The translations under genes were made by a program, and so were the position numbers. A model generated the notes under the pieces. The model worked only from the letters and a program-made list of their open reading frames with translations. It made no database searches and had not been told where the DNA came from. DNA of 57,364 bases, filler included, from Trichosphaerium sp. ATCC 40318 (taxonomy: Eukaryota > Protista > Tubulinea): assembly GCA_038496445.1 (NCBI GenBank). It is 3 parts of 3 records of this genome, joined end to end, with 100 filler letters (N's around TTAATTAATTAA, not from the genome) between each part and the next. Parts side by side here need not be neighbours in the genome. Positions count along the whole stretch, not along the records: positions 22,057 to 42,071 come from JALMLS010000164.1; 2 more parts are not named here. One strand, 5' to 3'. This document shows positions 25,881 through 39,625 of this stretch, in pieces; the first letter of the stretch is position 1, and each line of letters starts with the position of its first letter.

Positions 25881-28052
25881 CTAACTCTCTTCTTCATCAA
25901 TTTCACGTGGTTTAGACGTATTGCCTTCCATCTTTAGTAGTTTAGCCTCTACCACAGGCGTAGCGAGTATAGGTTCATCCTTAACTATCTCTCTCCTCTC
26001 AACATTTGCTGCAGATGCTTCAGGAATCACTGCACGTGCCATTAGCGGCTGAGAACTGCATTCATTTCTTTTCACAAATTAATTACACAAATTCATAATT
26101 TTCAACGTACGTCAAGGGCGCTACAGCGCTTGCTAGAGAAAGTAAGGGAGATTGAGCATTTCCTGAATCCGGCGATGATGTAATATTGTTTACTAACGAA
26201 GAGTGAGAAGATTGGTTAAAACAAGAAAGTTAAAGGAAAACAAAAAAAATTACAAAAAAAAAGAAATGTGTTGAATTTACCGTTGTGATACATACCAGTC
26301 TTATTCCTCCTTCGCTTTTTTCGTTTGCGCTTAGTATAAACATAGTCCGGATGCTTTTTAGAGAAGTCTTCTTTAATTTTTTCAGCTTCAATAATATATT
26401 TTTTCTTTCGCTCTGGGTCCATATTGTGCCATTGCTCGCCAATCAACTTTGAAATCTGAGCATTTGATCTGTCTAGTTTAAAAAGCCATAGTTAGAAATT
26501 ATAACCTTTCTCAAAAATCCTTTCTAACGACAAAATAATTTTCACGTGGCGACAATGAACCAAAAGAAAAAAAAAAGGCAAGTTGTGAAAAAATAAAAAA
26601 ACGAAAAGAAAACTACAAGTGTACCTTTATATTTGGCTTGAAGGTGAGGCCTCACCTCGTTCGAGAATATCAAGAAGCTATTCATTGGCCGTTTAACCCT
26701 ATAGATTAACTAAGAAAACAATCACAGCATTATAACTGAGCCAACATCGTTTGCAAAAAAACAAAAAAAAAAATGAAAATAGAGGTTATCAATGGTCTCT
26801 CACCTATCCTTTTCATTTCTCTTACGTCGCCGCAAACGCGTTGGAGTATCCTCCTTCTCTTTTTGGTCATACGCAGTGAATTGTTGGGCTGGGAAAGGTC
26901 TAGCCTCATATGGCTCACGAACACGTCTACGACTTGGATCATAGTACCCTGTTGGAGATAGTATCAGTATTAAACGAGAAAAATATCGGAGAGAAGATCC
27001 GAAAACCTCTAAAGCACACGATCAAATATACAAATACAAGAGCTTCAGTAGCACACTCTTGATCTTGTGGTTTTTAGTTACAGTCGCGAAAAAAAAATAA
27101 ACGAAAACTCGGTGGCAGTTTTAACTCACCACAAACTGAAATGTTGGTTAAAACGTACCACGCATTTGCCTGGCTGCGGGCATTTTCGTTGGGTAGAACC
27201 CTGCGTTTGAAGGATGGTACCTCGCCATGTGAGGGTGTGTAGGATATGTGGGACAACGCAGAGATTCTGGGTAAGGTTGTGGACGCACAGGAGGTGCATG
27301 GGAAGGTTTAAGCCAAAAAGAATTTGGCACTGTACACCAATCTATTTGTAGGTTAGAATAAACAAACAAAAGCAATGGAGTAGACAGAGAACTAAATGAA
27401 CAAACAAAGGAAAAAAAAAAAAAACAATAACTGTCCATACAAAAAAAATACGCCAAACGGCACCTCCACGTGTGCTCATATCCATCGCGTATTTAAAAAA
27501 AACCACGTGGTTTGGACTGAGGTAAGAAGAAGAGAGAGAGAGAAACAGTTTATGGTACAAAAAAACAAAAAAAAACAGTGCACGATTAAAATAGTTTTTC
27601 TAATTTGTAAGGCAGAGCAGTTTAATTAAACTGCGCGATTTAAAATGAATTTAATTTGTGGGTTTTTTAATTTCGTGCACAAGGTCAGTCGCCTTGTAAA
27701 GCATTCAAACGAAGACAGACGGATTAGTTTAATCAAATACGGGCATTAAAGCGTTCCCTGGTTAATTAACAAATTGAAAATCTTTTGTAGTACCTTCAGA
27801 ACCTCCCCTGCGCATCGCGTATAATGAATACGGGTCACCGAAGTCGGTTGAATGCGCATAAGGTATTAGACCAGGTGTCATTGCGTTTGGAGCACCAGCT
27901 TGCGGTGGTAGCGCACCATCTGATTGGTGGGCGTAATGATGCTCGTAATCAACCATATACGCTGGTGGGGGCAGTGTAACATCTGCAGCGTGACCTGCAT
28001 ACGCAACTTCGTTCATCCAGTCCCAATACGCACTATCAGTATTCGTTGCCAT
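25881..28052 (-). CDS. Sequence-specific HMG-box transcription factor (SOX/TCF/MATA type), spliced
   Basis: RVKRPMNSFLIFSNEVRPHLQAKY|..SNAQISKLIGEQWHNMDPERKKKYIIEAEKIKEDFSKKHPDYVY plus basic tail; Pro/Tyr-rich N-terminal exons. Confidence 0.85.
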
Positions 28053-28984
28053 TGTACCGACACTTTTAAACCTGTGTGATGAGGTTTTGGTTTTGTTTTT
28101 TTTTTTCCTTGTTGGTTGGCCGTTTGGTAAAGGCGTTTTGTTGTACGTTGTTTCCAGAAGTAAAAGCGCTCACATTTTAAAAATACAAATTACTATCTCC
28201 TTATGTTCTCAAACGCAGCAACAGGTGTAGTTTGCCCATAACCTTTACAAATCGCGTCATATGGGTGGTATTACTGCCGCAATAGGTTGTAAACTAGGAT
28301 TGACTGAGGTACAACAAATTTCAACAAAGCGCATACAAAAACGCGTTGTTTCCGTCCAGCGTTGATGAGATGTTGTAGAAGTTATGCTTTTGAGCCACTA
28401 AAGGTCTACTGTCGAATTCCAGTATAGGTTTTAGCGAGGCTAAACTGTTGTTACATTAGAGTCAGCGTAAGACGAAAGGTGTATGACTAAGTATTTTGGA
28501 AGGTTGGCGAGGCTTCATGAAAAAAATATGATAGCGTCTATAAAGCTGCGTGGCACCCAACGCTACGTTCGTTCAGAAAAGGCGGTAATGGGCAATAATG
28601 GGCTAACGACAGCACCGCTGACATCATCACAGCGAACCTGCTTGCCCATTAAGAACCAGAAGCATGTCACTTTACGAAATAGAGCCTGGTAATTCGTGTT
28701 CCTTGAACCTGGGCAAAATTAGAGTTTATATGTCCGTCCGGTATTTTTGCGAGAACCGTTTAGAAAGTAAAATTTTTTGTTGGTGCGTTACATGTCTGTT
28801 AGCGTAAATTGAGTGTGTCGTATAGCGCCAAAAAGATCCCCCGGGTTTTGGGGTGAGTATTTTGGAAACGCGTTTGGGGCAAAAACTCTGAGGAGGAATT
28901 TGAGTGGTAAAATTCTTTTTGTTTTCAGGCATAAGGTGCTCGGATCGATTACCCGACGAACTCAAAAAAGAATATAATCCTATC

Positions 28985-30347
28985 ATGACCAGTCTGAAGA
29001 CGTTAAAGCAAACCGAGAACAACCAAGTTCTAGATATAATCAGTGGGGTGTCACCTGCTGAGTCGGTTTGCCCATCAGAGGGAACGTGGCTCCTAAGAAT
29101 TTCCTCGGTGATAAAACGCTATGAGGAAGCGCTACAATCAGCATGGGCCTTCCTGCAAGCTTGGGGACCTAAAATCGCTGCCGCTGGCGCTCTTTTGCTA
29201 TTCTTCATATTGTTCCCTACAAAACAGTATTTCGAGACAGTACTCCTATGGGTGGAGTCTTTGGGTCCTATTACCGGCGCTTTGGTGTTCATAGCCATTT
29301 ACACTGTAACGACCAGTTTACTCGTACCTGGTGTTATCTTGACGATATTCGCTGGATACTATTATGGCATTGTGTGGGGCAGCGTTGTGAGTTGGGCGGG
29401 GAGTATTACCGGTGCTATTCTTTCCTATTGGGTTGGTAGAAGTCGTACGTATATTTATTTATCACTCCTATCACTCTCAGAACATCCTAAAACAAAAAAA
29501 ACCTGACGAAAAACCTTTTTTAACCAGCCGAAAAAAAAAAAAAAACTCCTTCCAACGTTACTCTCCTTGCCGTTACTCCAAAACAAGGCCTTGTTTAATT
29601 TTTTTTTGGTTTTCAGTACCGTCGCTTACTCGTTTTGGCAAATAGCTTACGTTATCCCGGCTTCTTTGTTTTTTGTCAAATTTTATTGTAATCGACTATT
29701 GACGCCGTTCTTTAGTGTTACACTCATCCGTAATGTCTTGGGTGTCCAAATACCCAATCTTGCAGGCAGTAAACAACATCTTGGAGCGTAAAGATGGTTT
29801 TAAATTGATTCTTTTGCTTCGACTATCTCCTATCACACCTTACGGCGTGCTTAATTACATGTTGTCAACCACTAAAATACGTACGTGCATACTATATTAA
29901 AGGTTTTTTTTCAATTAAAAAAAGCTAACGTCGTGCAAAAAAAAAAATTGTTTTCGTCACTACGCGCTTGAACTCATATTTTTGGGTTTGTTTTGTTCGA
30001 ATGCTAACAAAGCGTTAGAATTTTGGCCATACACACTATCTACAGCGATTGGCGTTATGCCTGGTACAGTCATGTACAACTGGCTTGGAACATCTACAAA
30101 GGGTATTGCAGATATATTCAGTGGGTCTGTTGATGCCGATGCATCTCAACAACAAGTCAGAGGATGGATTTTTTGCTTGAGCATGATACTATCCGTATTC
30201 GTTGTTATACTTGTTGGCGTTGTTTCTGCAAGAGCTCTTAAACGAGAGCTTTCCCTCACAAAGAAGCCCAAAGAAATAACAGAGGAAGAACTCTACGAGG
30301 GAAACAAATCGGATACAACAAAAGAGAACGCGAAATTGGTGGTGTGA
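28985..30347 (+). CDS. TVP38/TMEM64-family (VTT/SNARE-associated domain) membrane protein, spliced
   Basis: LVPGVILTIFAGYYYG..GAILSYWVGR, GFKLILLLRLSPITPYGVLNY, TAIGVMPGTVMY. Confidence 0.88.
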
Positions 30348-31244
30348 GCTAAAAACGCTCAACAAACTTTTTTGCGGTCCAATCTTGGACAAACAAAAAT
30401 TTTGGGGAGCTTTTTTGCCCTTGGAAGTCCGAGTGGTAGCTGTCGCGATTTTTCACTTACCCAGCGTCAGTTTTTGGAATATAACCCCAAAAAGATTCAA
30501 AAAAAAAAAAAAAGAACCAAAGTGGTGGTCAGTAATGGATGTATAAAGTGTATGAGTAAAGATATATTATGCTCGTAACAACGTTTTGTTTTACTTTTTT
30601 GTTGTTCTTGTTGTTCTTGACTAACCCCTTGTTTTATATATTTACTGGCGTGTTTATTTTTAGTGGTTACTGCACGCGTCAGTTTTTTGTAGTGGTTGTT
30701 AGAAAATCAGGTATTGTGACAGTTTACTGGCTTTCTAGACTAGCCACATGTGCAACAGATAAAGTATTGTGTGATATACTCGAAAGCTGCAGCAGTTTAT
30801 TGGTAGTATTATGAAATACTGCATTAGCTTTCTTGTAGCTCGTACTCAGAGCGCTAGGGGCAAAGTGAGTGGTGCAATGAGCACATTGTTCGTTGTGTCG
30901 CGTGTAATAGCGTAAGATTGTTAGTGTTAACACTATACGCGTCAATAAGGCAAATACGGCGGGAAGTATGTTCTAGCCGTTCATCTGTCACAGCTCAATT
31001 TCACTTAGTATGGGTGAAACAATACAGCGTATATTGTGCAACTGTGAGGTATCGTATATGTTAGGACAAACGCAGATGTCACAACGCTGACAGTTTGCAT
31101 AATGGGTTGGCAGCAATGGAGCGTAAGAGTGATGCCTATGTAGTAACTAACTAGCTTTGCTTCGATGTTTTTATTCGCTTGGACCTTCAAAAAGTCAAAG
31201 TAAGTTTAGAGATAAAACCAACAACTAAGCACCCACCGCCTGTA

Positions 31245-31894
31245 ATGTTGCGCGCATTCTCCTCGAGGTACGATAGATCACACTAAATGCCACAGCTAGT
31301 TATTGTGAGTTAAAGGCGTCATTCTAGGTCGAGTAGCTCTATTAACATGGGTGGGCATAGTACTGCTTGCTCAACGAAGCCTCAGTCGGTATGTTGGCTT
31401 ATACACTAACACCACGAATTAACTCTTTAAGCTTGCTTCATTTGAGCGCTACAGGCATAAAAAGAAGCCTACAGTAGGGCAGAAGAAATCAGCAAAGAAA
31501 CGATTTAGGTACGTCTAATACACTAACGATCGCTCTAAATGTTACAAAGAGTCACTGGTAAGGGTAATCTGAAGTTCCACCCTTCAAGCAGGTACAAAAT
31601 CGCTTTTGAGAACAGAAAACAGAAATCAAGCAACCTACAGCGCATCACTGATATCATTGTAGCAAAGGATATGTAATTATACGACGATCTGCCTTCGGAC
31701 AATCAAAAACGATGGTAGGCAATCAAAAGCACCTCGTTAATCTATTGCCGGGCTTTAAAAAAGTATTGAACCCACGTTCGGAAAAAGAGAAAAGACCTCT
31801 CGTCTCTGTGTCAATACTATCCGCTCTATCAGCTGAGTACAAACAGAAAGGGATTGAGAGCCAACAAAGTCAAGAAAAGGAAGAGACAGCTTAG
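31245..31894 (+). CDS. Putative mitochondrial ribosomal protein bL35-like, spliced
   Basis: Manual splice gives MLRAFSSR presequence ... KKSAKKRFR|VTGKGNLKF ... HLVNLLPG, resembling bL35 K-x-A-x-KRF-x-VTG and terminal LLP. Confidence 0.55.
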
Positions 31895-32450
31895 ACTTTA
31901 GTCGAAATACAAGAGAATCACCGTCGCCAAACAAGAAACTTTGCTTTGATTGGGACCATCTGTCTTCTTGTTTTTTTTTTGTAAAAAGTTTCTGCCTCTG
32001 TTCCATTGCAACTCCCAACGTGATGGCAAGGAAATCATCTTCTGTTTTTAATTTTGAACCGTAAAAAAGCGGTTTTGAAGGTCAGTTGTAATATTTATGT
32101 ACATTATAAACAATCTTGCTATGCAACTTTCTGTCTTGTTTTTTGATATATACAACAGGAGTAAACAGAAACATATTCTGTAGTTCGCTACTTACAGAGC
32201 ACATTAAGTCAATCAAGGTTAGTGGAGTCCACATGAAGTAATTGTGACACGTGATTGAATGACTTGGAATATAAACTTTTTTGTACTAGCTCGACCGCAT
32301 TGGTCAATTAGGTTAAGTTTGTTTTTAGTATTTGATTTTTTATTTGTGTACATTATTAACAAGCCTCGTTGTGCATTTTTGTTTGCTTTGAGTTTAATCA
32401 GAATCAACGGAGACTGATTTTATTTTTTTGATATTGTTTTGAGGCGGTTC

Positions 32451-35400
32451 TCACTTGGCGCCATCTCCTGCCGTTGCTGGAAAGTTAGGGTTCTTTTTGA
32501 TATCGAATTTGAGACCCTCTCCATTCGTTGTAATAGTGCACAAATCGCCTTCTTTAATATCGCCCTTGATAAGTAGTTTGGCAATTGGGTTCAAAATTTC
32601 TTTCTGGATGACACGTTGCAATGGTCGAGCACCGTATACTGGATCGTAACCGCGTCTGCCAAGGTACTCTTTACTTTCTGGAGTGATTGAAAGCTCGATT
32701 TTCTTCTCTGCAAGGCGTGCAGAAACAGCTAAAAAGTGATGAGTGGGTGGTTTTTTTTGCACAAAACAAAATCATAAAAAAGGTTGCATACCACCAAGCT
32801 GGATCTCTACAATCTTGTCCATATTTTCGTGTGATAGCCTGTTAAAGAGTACAAGGTCGTCGATGCGATTGATAAACTCTGGTGCTAGATGCTGTCTCAC
32901 AACTTGCATGACGCCCGCTTTGCCATCTTGGCTGTTTGTTCCTTCAGGAAGGCTGGCAAGAACATTTGCACCCAAATTGGATGTCATGATAATCATTGTG
33001 TTTCTGAGGTGATGTCATTGTTAGCCAACACGGTTACATAATATTTCTTGAGCGTACCTAAAGTCTACTTTGTGACCTTGGCTATCAGTGAGCCAACCCT
33101 CATCAAGCACTTGGAGTAAAAGGTTAGAGACTTCTCTATGTGCTTTTTCGAATTCATCAAAGAGAATGACTGAGTATGGTCTCCTTCGAACAGCTACAGT
33201 TGTTGTTAGCACGCTAATGGGCATATTCATTATATACCTTCTGTCAATACACCACCTTCATCGTAACCTACATAACCTGGAGGAGCACCAATAAGCCTCG
33301 AAACTGAAAATTTCTCCATAAATTCTGACATATCAATGCGGATCAAGGCTGATTGTGTGTCGAACAGGAATGATGCTAATTGTTTGCAAAGTTCGGTTTT
33401 ACCGACACCAGTAGGTCCTAAGAAGTAGTATGGGTCAGCACAAGATTACTAATAGACAAATAAAGCGCCAAAAAAAAAGCAGAAAAAAAATTAGGAAAAA
33501 GGCACGTATCAAAAATGATCCTAGTGGTCTATCGTGACCGTGTAAACCAGCACGACTGATGCGAACTGCGTTACTTATAGCTGTTAACGCTGGCTCTTGA
33601 CCAACAACATGTTCTCCAAGAACCTCCTCCATGTTGAGAAGACGCTCTCTTTCTCCCATCAAAAGATTTTGAATTGGGATACCAGTTGTTCTAGCAACCA
33701 CTTCGGCAACATCCTTTGCAGTGACAACATCACCAAGCATAGTCAATCCCTTGGCGTCCATGCTAGAGCATACATTTAATAATATGAAAACAAAGCAAAG
33801 TAAGAAACTGTCAAATAGTGTTTTGAAGAGTTTGGCTTTTAACAGGCTCTACAAACATGCTATACGTACTGGTCAGCTATTTCTTTTTCCAGTCTTGGAA
33901 TCAAGCCATATTGGAGCTCTGAGGCTGAAGCCCAATCACCCTTTCTTTGCGCGGTTTCTAGATCAAGTCTTGCACGTTCTAGGTTCTTTTTCGCTGTCTT
34001 TCCCTTCTCAACTAGTTGTCGCTCTTCTCTCCACTTTGCTGTCAATTCATTACTCTCGACTAGAAGCTCAGCAACTTCTCCTTCTCGTTTCTTTAGCCGT
34101 TGTTTGGAGTGTGCATCGTCCTCTTTTCTCAAAGCCTCAATCTCGATTTTCTTGCGAATAATTTGGCGGTCAAGGTTTTCTATTGGCTCTGGTTTACTTT
34201 CTTGTTGTAGACGCAAACGAGATGCGGCCTCATCAATGAGATCAATGGCCTTGTCAGGTAAGAATCTATCGGTGATGTATCTGTTTGAGTTGACTGCTGC
34301 AGAAACAATAGCGTCATCAGCAATGCGCACACCGTGGTGCACCTCGTATTTGTCTTTGAGACCACGAAGCATGGTGACGGTATCTTCTACTGATGGTTCC
34401 GAAACCAGTACAGGTTGAAACCGACGAGCTAGAGCAGCATCCTTTTCAATGTACTAATGCAAAAAGTCAATGATGTTGCATTCTTGGTCAATCACGGTAC
34501 CTTTCTGTATTCATTGATAGTTGTAGCACCAACGCAATGTAATTCTCCACGTGCTAGTTGGGGTTTGAGCATGTTAGCAGCGTCAATAGCGCTAAATATA
34601 TGTTAGAATTAAACTGTTCAAAAGTAAATAGTGGAGGGTATTGCACGTACCCCTCCGCAGCACCAGCACCAACAAGAGTGTGCAACTCATCAATGAACAA
34701 GATGATTTCTCCTTTAAAGGCAGCAAGATCTTTTAGAAGCCCTTTGAGTCTGTCTTCAAATTCACCTCTAAACTTGGCACCCTAGGATACAGAAGATAAG
34801 ATTATTGTGTCACACAGTTATACACGTACCGCGATAAGAGCACCAAGATCCAAAGAGAGGACACGTTTATCTTTAATTGATTCAGGTACATCTCCTTTTA
34901 CAATGCGGTTTGCTAGTCCTTCCACAATTGCTGTCTTACCTACAAGCGGCTGTCAATAACACGCAGGATCGGATAAAACGTTCAACGCACCGACACCAGG
35001 CTCTCCAAATATGACAGGGTTGTTCTTAGTTCTTCTGCTCAATACCTGGAGTGTTCTTCTGATCTCAGCATCCCCTGTTTTACTATATTAGTATAGAATG
35101 CCAAAACGAAATTGCACATCTAGTTCTTGTTTTCAGAAAAATGATCAAATATTTGGTCTACTGTGCAGCTGCTGTTGCATTGATGCGTAGCATGATAGAA
35201 GAACATTATCTCTACGTACTTCCAATAACAGGATCGATTTTACCGTCCCTGGCTTGTTGTGTTAAATCTTTACAATATTTTTTTAACAACTCCCCTTTTG
35301 GCACTATACATCAAGTGAGTGAATGGAATGGCGTACAAGTAGCGTAGACAAAGCAACGGAAAAAAGAATAAACGCGTCATTGTCCGAGAATTAGATAGAG

Positions 35401-35775
35401 TGGCGTTGGTAGCAACGTACTTGCATCTGGGTTCTAAATAATAGTTAGATGGGTTGATGGTAAAAAGAACTCTTCAAAAAAAAAAAAAGAAACGTGCCAC
35501 CCATGAAGCCTTTTGTTGGTTCTGTTGGTCCTGCATAACGAAACCTACGCTCACGTGAGTAACCTGAGTGAGTGTGAGTTTATCTCACCTGACGTGTGAA
35601 TATATCGCTTGAAGGATAATGGTATGTTGTACGCGCTCTTCTTCACTGAGTTAGTGACCTTGGGACGCGTACTAGCAGTAACACGCGTGCGAATAGGTTG
35701 TTTTAATTTCTTTGCGTTTGAGGCAGCATTAAAACGCTGTCTGTACGCGAGGGAGCAGACCCTACGTGTGAGCAT
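32451..35775 (-). CDS. HSP78: Mitochondrial ClpB/Hsp78 disaggregase, spliced
   Basis: Arg-rich presequence [15 protein letters not shown]; no N-domain; [65 protein letters not shown]. Confidence 0.95.
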
Positions 35776-35966
35776 TTGTGTAGTGTTAAAGTAGAGGAGG
35801 TGTGGGGTGTTTCGTAGTCGGTTAAGAAATTGTTGTACTAATTTACGAGGTTTTTTTTGTGGCGAGAAAGCTGTCGAAAAATCAAAGGAATCCCAGTGAA
35901 AACCAACCCAAATACCAGCCTGGCTCACCTTTCCTCTTTTCGTTCCGTTTCTTCTTTGTTGCTGGA

Positions 35967-38582
35967 ATGTTATTTAGATTACACGCAGCTTCCACCGTAG
36001 GCGTGCGACGCGTACCATTGAGCCACCAGACGAACAAGAGCGCTGTCAAAGCTCGTACGCGGCAGAGTAAGGTAGTAAGGGATTTAAAAGGTAAATACAA
36101 CACTTGGCGGTTATTAATGTGGTGTAAACGAAAACAGGCAAAAAATGGGGAATATAACAATTTATTTTGCATCAAAAGCTTTTTATAAGCGTTTTTTGCT
36201 AAACTCAGCGCCTAGACACGCGCGGATTTGTTGTTAGACGCTGGTATTGTAGCAAAGAAGACGAAGGGCCGCGAATGACAATGCCTTCGTTTGAGGCAAG
36301 CCCACGCCTTAAAGCACCAACGTTTGGCGAAGAAGATGAGTCAGTTTTCAACAAGTCACAATCAGGACAGCTGGAGAAACAAAAACCAATTTTAAAATCT
36401 AAGAGTAGCGCAAACTTGTGCCGTCAGTTACAGCTTCACTACGAATTTGGCGAGCACCACAAAGTATTCAAAATGTTCAAGGTACGCTAAATCTAGATGA
36501 TATTACACATATTCTCTTTTTTGCAAAGAGACACGTGTCCGCTTTTAGCGTAAAATGTACTATGCCACGATTTTTTGCGGTATACGTGGCCACTAATTTG
36601 GATTTTTTGAAATAACTTTAATGTTTTTGCTTTTTTCCCTTACAATCACCTTTGCTGTTATTGACAAAATGAATCAGGAACTTGAAGATCAAGATTATCC
36701 ACTTGATGTCACATTATATAACTGGTTGCTAAGCTCTCAGCAAGCTGTTGAGGCTACTTCGAAATGTGTTGAGATTTTGGAGCAAATGGTTGAAAAAGGA
36801 GTAAAGCCAAATGTGCAAACCTATAATACAGTCATTAAGGTACGCTGTTGTATTTATGATTGACCAAGCTTCGTTATATTAAGCGCTACCGAGGCACACA
36901 GTAATCAGAAACATTTTTAGAGAAACAGAACTATTTTTTTTATTTGTTTTTTTTTTTGTTGCTCAGACATTTACTCACTTATTTTGGTAGAGTTTAACAT
37001 CAACAAAAGATGTTGAAACTGCATGGTCAATTTACCAACAGATGCGTGCAGATAAGGACGTCAAACCTACAATTCAGACATACAACGCCTTACTGAACGT
37101 ATGCTTTTTATAATTATTCAGTTTGTTATCAGCTTCCTTTTCGAGTGTTGACAATTACAACAGGTTGCTGTACGTGCACGTGATACTAAGATTGCGTTGG
37201 AATTATGGCAAGCCATTAGGCAAAAGATAGCTGCAAATGAAGGTGGCATTAGACCCAATCGTGAGACATTCGTGTTGTTCGTCCACGTCTGCGACATGGT
37301 AGATGATCCTCACGGAGCGTTGGTTGTCCTTTACTCTGCGCACAGAAATCACACTACAGTGCCTAGAGGCATTTTAGAGAATTGTTGTGACATATTTTTG
37401 CGACATGACAATATTGAAGGATTGAAGCATATTAAAGCCGCCATGACTGCAGTTCAAGAACAAGAAACCAGAGGGCGCTCATCCAGAACCTCACGCGTAA
37501 GTCTCAAGAAAGCCCGAAAATCTATCAATGGAAACTATATTTGTAGTTGTTAATGTGTTTTCTAGTCACTCCCAGAAGGTTTATTACAGCGTATGTTATG
37601 CACAGCCGCCCATAGTGCATCCTTTGTGTTTGCAGAAACTTTGTATACAGGTACAAAGTAGTTTTTGGTTTTTGAAAAACAGTCGTGTATCTAATTTACT
37701 CAAAAAAAATCGTTTGCTGACTTGCCCTTTTTTTCTTGTCTAGAAATCACAGAGTCATACAACCATCCACTATCAAATCACCAAGCATTGATGTCACTCT
37801 TGCTTTGTTATGCTAAAGGTGGACTGCTCAAACGGTCGTTCATGCACATCCATAATCAAGACCCTAAATTTATTGTTCATCCTGCTGTTCGTTATGAAAT
37901 TGCCAAGAGCGCTTCTAATTCGACGGTACCGCAGCTAGTTGGCTTTTGGGAGTTTGTGAATGGCCTTGGTGAAAAGAAGCCTCCAGTGCACTACCAGAAT
38001 TGCTTGATTATTATTCAAGCATACGTGATTAAGGGAGAACTGGACGCTGCATATTCAATTTACAGAAGCCTATATGAACAAAAATTATCTAAAACGCCAA
38101 CACCGCTTAATATTATGCTTCAAGGTTCTAAAACAGTGGGCCAAGGATTTAGGTTACTTGCTGAAGCGCGAAATGATGAAATTGAAGCGGATGCAGAGTC
38201 TTATGAGCACATGATTAACGTTTTCTTGTCTTTGGAGGAAACCAATCGCGCAGTTGACTTTTTAACAAACATTCCATCTCACATCAAGCCTACTCTACGC
38301 ACATTCAAGAACCTAGTAGAAGCTCTTTCCAAGGCTCACAACTATGGACATGCTTTGGATGTTATCAAGACTGCTAGGTCCCATGGCTATCGTGACACCT
38401 CCCTAAAGAGAATAATGACCGCACACGGTGGCGGTGACGAATATGAACCTGATCCAGTGTTCAACGAGTCTTCAAAGAGAGGCGGCGGCAATTATGGACG
38501 CAGGCAGGATAGGGAATCTGGTGGCGGCCACAAGAGCAGCAAGGCCAGTAAGGGTATGCCTAATCGTAGCGCCTACGAATAA
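35967..38582 (+). CDS. Pentatricopeptide-repeat protein, probably mitochondrial, spliced
   Basis: MVEKGVKPNVQTYNTVIK, VKPTIQTYNALLN, IRPNRETF, IKPTLRTFKNLVEAL; putative presequence MLFRLHAAS...RRWYCS (start inferred). Confidence 0.82.
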
Positions 38583-38838
38583 GCGGAACCCGCAACTACT
38601 TTTTTTGGTTTTTTTCAACTGACTGTAAAATTGTATGTTCAACAAAAAAAGTGTAAAGAGGTAAAAAAAAAAAAACAAAACAACGTTAATATCATTTATT
38701 ACACTCTGTTTATCTGTTGGAGCTATTCAATGTGTTGCTGGCGCGTGGTTTTGTTTACATTTCGATAAAAATGCAATGAGTTTTTTGTATTTCTCAATTG
38801 ACTACAGGTGATTTCAGTCACAATTTATTACCGCCCCT

Positions 38839-39295
38839 ATGGACACGAGGTATGCTGTGGGTAGTACTAACACAAGGGCCTCATTATTGTAACAGGGTAA
38901 ACGAAAAGAGCAGACAAAAGTGTTGGGAAGCACGAGACAGATATTTTGACTGCCTAGACGCCACTCACGATGATGCGGAACAGTGCAAAGCGCTTGCTGA
39001 CGATTTTGGGAAATACTGCATGAAAAGCTGGGTATGGTAACGTCTGCATCTTCGAGAGGCGATTGCAGGTCTTTTCTTGTTTTTACAACATTGTTTTTGG
39101 TTTTTTGTTTTTAGTTCAGTACAATTTTTGAGTTACCACAATATGTATGCGTAAACAACATGTGACGCTTCGACACGTGAAAGTAATTTCTTTTTTTCTG
39201 TGTTGATTGCTAACTACGTACCACAGGTCAAACACTTTATGAGTAAACGTTACTGGAAGGATCGCAAAACGCCCCGCGACGTGTACCGGGACTAA
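38839..39295 (+). CDS. Coa6/COX6B-family twin-Cys mitochondrial protein, spliced
   Basis: RQKCWEARDRYFDCLD...QCKALADDFGKYCMKSW|VKHF (CX9C...CX10C). Confidence 0.85.
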
Positions 39296-39625
39296 ACGTG
39301 TCAGTGTCACTATTTTTTTGTGCAAAAAGCGGATCAAGGGAGTATTGCTTCGTCTGTGCTTTGCACCACTGTCTGATATCAACAAATACGTATGTACAAC
39401 AATAAAACTAACGTTTGGCGTGAACTAGATTCAGCCTGAGCTGGTGACACTCATGGAATTGTAACACATTCTGACATGTGTTGATGTAAGCCACTTGTGA
39501 TGCTTTTTTTTATCTCTGGTGTGAGCGCAAGCTACTTGCACCAATAAGAGAGCTCGGTGGCACTTTTTTTCAGAAAATAGTCAAGAGTAGTCCAAACAGA
39601 AGCGACAACTCAAAAGAAAAAGACT

